Part shown: one piece after another, positions 45,117-56,100 of the stretch
Position numbering within the stretch: position 1 is the stretch's first letter
Layout: every line of letters starts with the position of its first letter
From: Podarcis bocagei
Lineage: Eukaryota
Assembly: GCA_964188305.1 (NCBI GenBank)
Contig: OZ076887.1
Direction: 5' to 3' (one strand)
DNA length: 64,000 nucleotides
Notes under the pieces: model-generated
The model's database searches: none
What the model saw: only the letters and a program-made list of their open reading frames with translations
What the model was told of the DNA's origin: nothing
Position numbers and translations under genes: made by a program

Positions 45117-47714
45117 AAGCTACGGAAATAACTATGGCTGCAGTTCTCGTGGTTTAAAAAAAGGGGGGACTCCAAACAAGGGAATAGCTACAATCATAAA
45201 GGAACTTTGACCGGTTAATATGCTTAATTATGCCATTTTTAAACGGCACAGAAAGCAAAACAAAAAACTATACAAGATTGTTGTGTAGGAGAAAACTATG
45301 AAATTAATGCTGTACCTCAGATTTTTCTGCACTATTTGACATAAGCAAAGGTGTTTTGGAAGGCTAAGTCTGAGCAATGTGGACTGTAGCAGCTGTGGTA
45401 AAAAACAATTATGCTGGGGATTTTTTTTTACACAGAGAGAGACACACACACCAATAACTGAAAGGGCTTTAACATTTTTTTTAAAAATTGCACTAACTTG
45501 TTGAAGATTTTAACGAATAGTCAAAAGTCAAAAGAGAGACTGCAATGACAATTAACATGAATCTGAAAAGTGAGGGCTGAAGATGCCTATTTACCAGTTA
45601 ATAGCATCATTATGTTTGGCAGTGGGCTACTATTATGCTACAGGCCTTCCATTGTTCTTCTGACAGCTGTGAAGTCTGAATACAAGTAAAAAACGACCCA
45701 GAAAGGTCCAGGCCTTCTATGGAAGACAGACTTGTGGCAAGTAATGACACAACAATGCAGCAATGCGATAGGGTCTACAGAGTGTACAGAACGGTTTCAC
45801 GTTGTTTTATACTTTTAATTAAAGAATACACAAGTCATGTAACCATTCAGCTCTGAGTGTGTGGTGGATTAAATCTAGCTAAATAAAAAAAAGTTGTTTT
45901 TTTTTAAATCACCTTTCGGTTTGCTTCTGCTCCCCACCCCCTTTCAAACAATGAGTCCTGCACTGGGAGAAAGGCGGGACGTAATATATATCTGTCTCCA
46001 TAGGGGTAGATGGTAAGCACAGAAACATAAACTATATAATTCATCCGATGGTGGTACCATGCCAGATAGCTCCCTTTTTGGCTGAAGAGTAGGATAAAAC
46101 TCATAAAGAAATAAAAACAAACCTCTGTCAAGGATATATCTGAATGTGCAGTCCAGGGTTTGTGTGCAGGTAATTAGGGAGTTGCATATGAGGATAGTTC
46201 AGCTTTCATTGCCATCAATAGTGAATAGCATATATTCTCTTTTTCCCTTTATAAGAATTTGCAGAATAAAGTCAGTACGTTTTAGCAACCATGCCACTCC
46301 CAGTGTTATATTCCCCATCTCCTTGGTCACATTACACCCTTATGTATTTGATTTCTTGCCATTTAAATTTTTACCCTTTGTGCCAATCTTCAATGAATCA
46401 ATAATTTTATTCCTATGCCACCTTTCCACAGTACAAAGCATGCTCAAGGCTGCTTACAACATGAAAAAATACACAATTACAACATAGCAAAAGTATTCAT
46501 AAACAAAACATCAGAAAATGCACAACCAATTGGAACAACTTCCATGCAAATAACAATAAGAGCTAAAATAAAGATACAATATATATATATCACTAACAGC
46601 AACAACCCCCCACCAATCCCTTAAACAATACCCCAGCTCAAGATTCTTGATGTTTGGGACAAATTAACGTGTGTGAGAGAGTAAGAGAGAAGGCAGTCTA
46701 CACAGCCATATTCATAAATGTGAATATGCAGTAACTAACAAGATAGCTGAATTCATGGATTTCATAGGTCAATTTGCACAACTAGCAGTGATATCTAAAG
46801 TTAGTTACAGTCAGTTGGATATCATTCCGGAGCTTTAATGCAGTATTGATTAATGGAAAGTTTTTATTTGATAAAAACAACCTCACATGGCCATGTGCAT
46901 TGAACCAGGGACAAATAATTGCCTGGTGAATTAATTTTTACCTCAGATGACCTATGTGGGTGCTGATGAGCTATGTGGATGCTACATTCACACCCGTTTC
47001 AAGTAAACTTGAATCCAGATAGAGAAATCATTTCATAATGAGCCAGTAAATAATGAGTTATTCGGCTTCACTTTATCAATATCAAACCAGCACCGTAAGA
47101 TTATTCCAGCACTGTATCAGCATATGACCTACATGACACAGTTTTTAGCCTTGTTCCTTACTTATTCTTCGTAATTGTTATGGAGCACTTGGAGGTCAAT
47201 AGGGGGCCAATAGGCCAATCTTATTTAAAATCAAGCTAACTGACAGAGGCTTAAGAAACTGGATTATTTGGTATTGCATTGAAGTAATAAATATTGAGGA
47301 AAACTAATACCGTCGGACTTCCACTAATCTGCAATTTTGACAAAGGTTTGCTTTCCATTTCTTGACATTCTACTGAACTAAGATGTTTTACGGAAGCCTA
47401 ACATTCTACAACCATGAAATAAATTGTAATTTGCCTAGCCGCCACCCCTCTCATTTCATTGCATGCAGATCACTAGTGTACTAAGGTGACCTACATGGTC
47501 AATAGCAATAGCTAGGGCACCCAGGAGCAATTGTGTCAGTGGCTCTACGCATCTCACAGTGTGATGAGAGTCTCAGCCAAACATCCTCCAGAGTGTTAAG
47601 GAATACAGTGGTTTCTGTCTCTGTGGGTGGACCATCATATTGGTGCCCCACCCTTGCAGAATGAAGTGACCACATCCAGCCCAACTCTGTGTAGAATAAT
47701 ATTTATGCTTATTA

Positions 47715-48100
47715 TTTGCTGGCTGCCAATTCATTTCTGGGCCCAATTCAAAGTGCTCACATTACTATTTACAGCCCTAAATGACTTAGGCCCCAAGTAT
47801 CTGAAAGACTTGTCTCCTTCCCTACAGATCCTCCTGGGTGTTTTGATCAGCCCTTTTGGTAGTTATACCTCCCTAAGTAGTTTCGGGGGTGGTCTGAGAG
47901 AAGGCATTCTCTGTGGCAGCCCCAAACAGACAGCTTTTTAATAACAGAGTTTTTGGCAAGTGCTGAAGATGCATCTCTTCACCCTGGTCTTTTAACACCC
48001 GAGGTGTGTTTTTTCAAGACCCAGCCTATTCCTGTGATCACAAACTGCTTAAATTTTCAAATTTAAATTGTTGTAACTGGCCCCAGGACCTGCTAGTGAA
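47715..48100 (+). mobile_element. L2-clade LINE 3' fragment
   Basis: WLPIHFWAQFKVLTLLFTALNDLGPKYLKD, the same motif as the 20-583 element. Confidence 0.7.
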
Positions 48101-51100
48101 GCAGGTAATAAATTCCATAATGATAATGGTAATAAGCCTTATTCATGCTGGTTGGAGGGGGAAATGGTATAAAATAAAATTCCTGGATGCCAAGATCCAA
48201 ATTTGGGGCAAGTACTCTTTGGTGAGAGAACTCCAGCAGAGAGTTAAAACTACACAGTATGCAGCAAAGTAAAGTGTGGAAATATAGGCTGTTAAAACGT
48301 TTATAATGCATCTTTCCAAGCAGTCCTCTTTTTCCCCAGCATAGTAAAAGGACACATATTTAATTAGTTAAAATGGGTGTACTTACAAACTCTCCAAAGG
48401 CCAGACTCATATGCTTTTCCATACATCAGTCTGAAAGGTCGTGCAGGCAGCAAAATTTAGTTTTGTTCCAAAGTGGTGAGAGTTCCTAAATTGTTGGCAT
48501 AGGAACTTAAGAGTGGCCTGTGAGAGCCATGCAGCTTGAACTAGCACAACTAGCTCAAACCTCCTCATCTGCCACAGGTCCTGTGAATCAACAACATGTG
48601 ATAGTCTACATATGGTAAATTAGAGCACAGGTGATCCTGAGAACTACTGATGCACCTCTCAACATCTGCCATCTCCCTCCTGTCTCGGTCTCCCATTTTC
48701 ACAGTTGACATGACACTGATACAAGCTTATGCAAAACTACTCAGGATATAAATGATGAAATACAGTTTTCTTTCTGGCCATTAGTCATCTTCTTCCTATT
48801 CTGTTCTCTCACATTTTATTCTATCAAACTGTGGCAAATTTTATTGCAGAGGAGAACCATTGATCCTTCTTCAGAATCTGTCCATATTGCTTTTGTGATG
48901 TAGGAAGAGGGATTTGCTGAAGGGGTGGAGTTTTATTTCTAGATTGGCCACAGCTGTGGCATGGTGCAATTATTACTGGCAATTCTAATAGTGAGCTTTT
49001 GTGCAAGATGAGATGTGAGAGAAGAACCCATTCCATAAAGCTAACATTACTCATCGGCCAGCACAGTGGAGCGTCTTAACAGGGAGGAGGCAATACAGAA
49101 GGGTGAAATCAGGGATGCAAAGTAATAACAGAGAACAAGACCAGGTCAAAAGTAAGCCTCTTATGAACCTGCTTTCCCCTCCCTTGTTTCCCAATCTCCA
49201 ACTATCTCTCAGTCTATTTAATTAACTTTTACATCAGATACACAAAAAGGAATACAAAAGCTGCAGCCTTAATTCTATATAGTGACTTTTTCAGTCTCTC
49301 AGATTAAAGCATGCATGTGTCATTTCCTAATAGGAATTTTAAAAAAAAACCCAACTTGTTCAGGACAAATTACTTTACAAGAGAACAAAGGTGCAGAAAA
49401 GGTAGTGACCTTGTTATCACAAGTAGCAGCTGAAGCAGTAAACCTTAAACCTTTAAAAAAATACATATTTGTTGTATTTTTTGTCATAACGTTTAACAGA
49501 AACTTGAAGTAATGTCATTATCAGAATCAGGATAACTGAATAGTTGTGTGATAAATTTAACTGTTCAGAACTCCTTTCTAAGTTCTTGTAGTAGTCCAAG
49601 CTTTAGGGCAACGAATCTCTCCAAAAGGTTGCTTGGTCTCCTGGCTGCCACTAGTCTATCATTCACATAAACTAGCCTGAGACAACCAGCAGGAGCTCAC
49701 ATGATTGAATGTACCTCCATGTTAAAAAAAATCAATCCACCTACATAGAAAACTTGCACAAAGCTAAGGTAGAAGCTTCTCTGTGATATCTACTTTTCTA
49801 TGGGGTGGGGTTTGTTTTAAGAAGAACTCATTCACGCGAGGCCCCCATCTGCAATTTGAAGTGGCATCATGTGGACATAGGCGTACCACTTCATTAGTTG
49901 TCTATGAGGTCTAAACTCCATGAGGCTTTGTTGGTGGGCACTGCCTGGTTAGTGTTGACATGTGACAGGGCCTTCTTAGTGCTGGTTCCTTGTTTGTGGA
50001 ATGCCCTCCCTCATTACTATCAGGAGAAATTTAAAAACATTACTGTTTATCCAAGTATTTGATGACAAATAAGATATTGCTCCCAGCTGAGATCCCTGAA
50101 ATCACTGGCTGAGATTATTCTCGTAAATGTTTTTAGAATGCTTTTATAATTTTTCTTTCGTTCTTTGCTTACTATTGATGGATTTTTCTGCCCTAAATTC
50201 CTTCGGGATGAAGGATAGGGTATAAATTGAATTAATGATAATGCTGCTTTACTGCTTTGATGATGATGATTAACTGCACAATTAAAATCATTACATAATT
50301 TATCTCATTAAATATAAATCAGTAGGAAATAAATAAAACCATATAAAAGCACCACAGCCAGCCTCCTCATTCCCAGCACAAGATACTGCCACACTCAGGT
50401 TACTTGAACCAAAAACCAAAAAGAAAAGGCTCTGGGCGGCAGCAAAACACAACTCTCGGGGGAACAAGTTCCATAAGCAGGAAGAAAAAATGAAAATGCC
50501 CTATCATGTGAGCCTGTCAGTCAGTCTATCATACTAGATGGAATATTCATAAGCAGAGCCACTGAGGCTAATCTCAAGACCTCCAGAGGCTCATATGGGT
50601 ATAAATGCTCCTTCAAGTAGCTCAGTCCTAATGTACCGATCTGGTGTGAAAATCATGGCAGTACCTATCTCGGGCCAGGATTCCACACTATACACATTCC
50701 ATGCAATGGTATTGACTGTGAGGAACAAAACAAAGCAATACATGAGCAACAGAGGATCGCTGGTGCAGATGTACAGCTGTCTTCTTTGGGGTAAGGTGCT
50801 ACGGTGGTACAACTGTTTCTGTGGAACTGCAAGGAAGTTTAGCACTGTCACGGACAGCAGATGGGAGAAGAGACCTGCTTAATGCCACATCAGTATGTGA
50901 TATTTCATTTAAGCAGGCAATGATGATTATGCAACAATGTTCCCTTGTTCTCCTCTCCCTCTTCCACCACGTATGGTATCATTATCAGAGCTGATCACAT
51001 TACAGAGCCAGGCCTCATTTATGTGACCTTCATAAACATTTTTTGTCAGAGGTTTAGCCAGTTTAATGCCTGAAATGTGTGTCATGTACTTCTGGAGCAA

Positions 51101-51869
51101 CTACAGTTTAAAGAGCATCAAACCATTTAAGGGAAAAAAATAAAAATCCACATTCTAGCTATTATCTCTGCATCAACTAATTCTCCCTAAATCTGATTTC
51201 CACTCAAGTCTGGGCCTTCATTTATGAAAGCAGATGCAACATAATTGCTTAATATACCAGCGACTTTGTATCCACTGGTTCTAATTCCCTGTCAGTCTTC
51301 CTTACCAAAGGATGATCTTTTCCCTCCCCAGCTCCTGGCTGCTGTGTCTGTGCTTGAAAAGCCTTTTATAGTGTTATAAAGGCTTTGCCTATTGGCTTCA
51401 CTGCACAAGTGGGCGACTGCAAATTTTTACTAGGGTTGCTTTCTGCAGTGTGTGTCACCATTATGCCCACTTCTAGATCTTATTTGTTTACATCTTTATC
51501 TGAAAGGTCGCAACAGGGACAGTTGGTGATTTTGCAATGCCACAAATTAATTTATATTTTCACCTCTCCATTCCTGGGCTATACTTTTCTTACTTACCTG
51601 GAGCTACCAGCTTCAATTCAACCATTTCATTTCTAGAAAGCAACCAATAAATACCTGGGCTCTGGTCCATTTTTGCTATGGAGAACATTCCTAGCATGTG
51701 GAGATGCTGTGTCAGGTAACTATGAATGCATTTTTTGCTTCTCACCCCCACCCCCGCAAAAAAAAATGCAATTCTGCAGGAGGGGCACAAGAGAGGGTGT
51801 TGAAAACTTAAACTCTTTGGTCTGCAATCCACAAAACACTTGTCAGTGCTGCTTCTCAGACTGAAAACA

Positions 51870-52870
51870 TTTAATCTGCGGGTCGCTCCGAGAGCAACTC
51901 GCGTGCCAAAAGTTTCGCCCGCGTTTCTGCTTCTGCGGACCACTTTCCTCAAAGAGGAGCCTCAGAATATGAGAATATGCGGAGGAGCACGAGCCAACAA
52001 GGCGCCCCCGCGCATTCTATAGTACGGGGGGGGCACATTTGCGCTCCTAAAGGAGGCGATGCATCTCCTCACAAAGTTGGGAGTGGGAGGAAAAGAGAGC
52101 CAAGGCGCGCGAATGCCTTCGGCTTTCAAAGGGCCCTTGTCATCTCGGCCGCCCCCCCCCCTTTTCCCTCCTCCCGCTTGAGGCATATGACAATCTGCCA
52201 TTAGCTCACTCCCGCATTCCCCAGAATGGCTTGGGGGCCAGCCAGCCAGCACAACAAGCAGCATCTGACACCAAACGGCACTGCAGGGCCAGAAGGAGCG
52301 CGCGCCCGTTCCCCGCCCACCGCCCTCGCCAGCAAAACAGCCTCTTTCGCTCCTCGCTCCCCACCCCTCGCGCGCGCGCGCACACCCTCTCACACGTGCG
52401 AAGCTGCTCCTTTGAGGGCAGCCAATCCGGACGCCTCTCGTAGGCTGGCTGGAAAGGCGGCCAAGTGCCCCCCCCCACCCCACAATGCCGTCAGCGGCTC
52501 TTCCTCACAACTTTGCAAGCGGGGGGGGGGGTTGTTTGCTCCCCTCCTTCGCAGCATCATGTCCCAAGCCGCCTCCCCTCCCCGCCCTGGGTGTTTCCGA
52601 CACCGCGGAGAGCGTCGCCTGAAATGTTGTTACACAAGGCGCCGGGGCCTTATGCAAGGAGAGCGAGGGAGAGACGGAAGGTATCGCCGGCAGACAGAGA
52701 GGCAGGAGGCGAGCCGAGAGCGAAGGGGGATATGGGTAGAGGGGATGCGGCGGGGGGATTTGAAAGGGCAACGGGGTGGAGGGGAGATTGCGAAGGTTGC
52801 GCTTTGGTTTCTGCTTTAGGGAAGCTGCGCCTTAAAAAATAAAAATAATACTAGGCGCAGCTTCTTGCAA
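51870..52870. promoter_or_regulatory. CpG island / HEBP2 promoter
   Basis: Sharp rise in GC and CpG content against a CpG-poor background; E-box CACGTG 52393-52398, CCAAT 52422-52426, (CG)6 run 52369-52380; candidate upstream-exon donor AAG|gtatcg at 52680/52681. Confidence 0.85.
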
Positions 52871-53027
52871 TACATTTCCATACTGGGGAAAATGTTTGCA
52901 CCAGTTGATTTTCTGCATACTCCGTTGAATACAAAGGGACCGGCTCCGAGGGAAGAGATGTGCAGGTGCACATGCCATGCAAAATGTGGAAGGGAAGCTC
53001 TAACGTCGTTCCTTTTCTCCACCCAGG

Positions 53028-53102
53028 ATGCTGAAGACTATAAAACAAGCCCTCTTCTCTACTGGGCTGGAGATGCCCAAATGGACAGCACTGCCAAACC
53101 AG
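53028..53102 (+). CDS. HEBP2: HEBP2 first coding exon (MLKTIKQALFSTGLEMPKWTALPNQ)
   Basis: ccttttctccacccag|G-ATG acceptor, CAG|gtgacc donor, phase 0 join to 56249. Confidence 0.85.
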
Positions 53103-56100
53103 GTGACCAGCGTTTATGGTTGTTGTTTTTAATGACTGGAAGGTGACTTTCCGCTTAATCCTTGATCACATCCAGTAAGTGGAAGGGGAAGAGATTTGCA
53201 CACATGCATACACACGTCCCTGAGCGGAGTCCTAAACACAAATTGCTTGAAATATGTGATCGAGTGGGCGACACCTAAGCAGGGGTTCATTAGGTATGAG
53301 AGTTCCCTATTGCAGCTGGAAATATCACTGTTGCCAAAAAGTCTAAATTTTGGGTTCAGCAAGACTTCACTGGAAGATGCAAGAACTAATGCAAGTATCC
53401 CAGGGGAAATAACATGAAAACATCCAACAGGCATAATTTAATATAGCATTGTCCCCTCCCCTGGGTATTAGCCTAAGCCCCTCTGTTGACTCCACATTTT
53501 GTCTATGTATTGACAAATGTAGTAGGTGGATGTAAAGGGTTTTTTAATGCACAAGGAGTGCTTTGAAAGCAAAGTTTGAGGTACTGTGGTTGAGTAATGC
53601 AACAGTGTAAATGAGCTTGATTAACCTAGTATTATTTTTGAAAATACCTTCAGATTGCTATTTAAATCTATGTCATTGATTAAGGAAAACCTTGCATTAC
53701 TGAGAGAACCTGGTTTGAAGTCTGTTAACATGGCTTCATACTGCAGTCATTTCTGAAGATTTAAATGTTAGGAAATTGTTCATCTCATTCCAGAAAATAT
53801 GTCTTGAACACCATGCATTTTTTCTTGGTAAAAATAAATATTTGCAAATTTACAACTTACACATCTTTAAAATGTTGAATGTTGCAGGTTTAAAAGTTCT
53901 TAACATGTTTACTCATCAGTGGCTGAAGGAAATATATGTGTTCAGAAACAAATTTTAATGCAGATCTCTTCTAGGACAAAAGATTGTAGAAGTGAACTTT
54001 GGCTTATAATCCTTCTAACTGTGTGGTCTTCAGCCTTTGAAGGTTGAAAACAGTGGGCTAGGAAAGCAAGGAGGGAGAAATGCATGCTAAGGTGCTGTGA
54101 GAGGAAAGCTAGCCAGATATTGGGATCCTGTTCTCAAGTGGATCATCCGATTGTGTATTGCAACATTGGTGCTCAATTCCCACAAACACTTCCTTAGTGC
54201 CAAAGTAAACAGCAAGCTCATGTAACATTTCTCCCAACTTTTTTTAAAAAAGAAGATCGGCTGGGGTTGGGGAGGGGAAGACCGCTGGGGTGAAGAACAA
54301 CGTAACCCTCTTCCCTCTGCAGGGGCCTTGCTGTGTATTTAAAAGCTCTGAGAGCACAATGCAGAAGCTCCCCACCCTCTCTATTCATGAGAAATGGGGT
54401 CGGGTGGTGGTGGTGGTGGTGGGGAGCTGAATGTTCAGAAATATTCAGCTGGCACCTGCTCTTGTTTTTTAGGTGCTTTCATGGGATTTTCCAAATTACC
54501 ATGTTGCTTCTGCTATTTCTTTTACTGGGCTGTGTGGCTGGATGAATTTTGATTTAAGTTTTTATTTGATCATTGTTAGTGGTTTTATAAACCGCCTCAA
54601 AGACTCGGTCACAAAAAGGCAGAATGCCTATACTTCAAACAAATTTTAGACCAGGGTTCAAATCCCCACTCACCCCATGAAGCTCACTGGATGACCTTGG
54701 TTCAGTCACTGCCTCTTGGCCTAACCACCAACACAGGACTGTTGTGGGAAGTAATTAAGGAGCGGGGAAAACCTTAGGAAAAAATGTGGGATATAAATAA
54801 GTAAATATTCTCCAGGATTTGTCATTGGTCCCCTTAAGACGTACCAGGAGGGCAACTGTTGCATTAAGGGAGCCCCAACTGTTAAGGGGCAGCTGGGTCT
54901 CCTCCAGACTCCCCGATTACTGCTTCCCTTTTTCTTCAAACCATTGATTGCCATGCAAAACTTCCAGTGGCAACCCAAACAGTCAAGCAGATTGTGGTCT
55001 TCCAACAAGATGGATGAAGAAAAAACTCTGTGGCACATTTATTCCTCCTCCTCCTGCCCAAATACACTTAAGGACTGAACCTGGCTTTTCCACGTGATGC
55101 TGCAGCAGAAATGCCTTCAAATACTTACAAAGTTCTTCAGCAGCTGTGCTGGTGGGCCCAGTGCTTTCCTTTATAGTGCTGGGGGTAAAGCGGTTGCAGT
55201 CACTGTTTCCACCACCATCTTCCTTATTTCTCAATGCTGCTAAGCTCTGTGGCATCTCCTGCCCCCAATATACATATCAGGAGTGAGGCCCTGATTCACT
55301 GAGAATAACAAAGTTATTTTATTTATTTACTACTCTTTATGTACCATAGTTCCTGCAAGGTGGCAAACATAGTTCTCCCACTGCCCATTTCACCCTCACA
55401 ACCATGCTGGGACCAGACAATACATTTTTAAAAAGAGAGGACCTGGGACACTCAAAGATGACTTGTTTACCTGGGATTAACAGTGCCTGAGGTTAGTGGT
55501 AATTTCCCCACTCAAAAATTGTCTTCTACAAGCTGTTTTTCCATCATGGAGAACAGTGAGCTTTCACTATTTAGTTGGAAAAACAGTAGGAAGGCCATTT
55601 TGAATGGGAAACTGACCAGAGGAGAAAAAGTTAATCAGTTCCTCCTCCTCCTCCCCCCCCTTCAATTGCTCTGGGTGGCAAGCTCCTATTCATGAAAATA
55701 AAAGCAGTAGCAAACTGCATCTGCTATATGGAGTCTACTTTGGCCCCAAGCTCTTGATCTGAAGGAGTGTGTATGGGATCAGTTTGCAGAATAGCAATGG
55801 TAAATGCCACTAGTGAGATAAAATCGAGGAAAGAGATTGGTTTTGTGTGTTTTTGTAACAATTCGCAGCCCTTATCACAATATGCATTGTGATAGGCATT
55901 TCCTCTGTCTAGAGCAGGGGTAGTCAACCTTTTTATACCTACCGCCCACTAATGAATCTTTCTTGATGGTAAAATTCCCTTACCGCCCACCAGTGCTCAA
56001 TGGAAGGAGGATTCAGCTTGTGCCATAGAACCCCCTACCGCCCACCTAGAATCCTGAAACGCCCACTAGGTAGGGACCAGGTTGACAACCCCTGGTCTAG

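Noticed and set aside
51962-52842. Overlapping ORFs of 70-197 aa on both strands
   Set aside because: Expected in stop-poor CpG-island DNA with low-complexity R/G/P/A composition; only the frame that splices into HEBP2 is kept as a finding.
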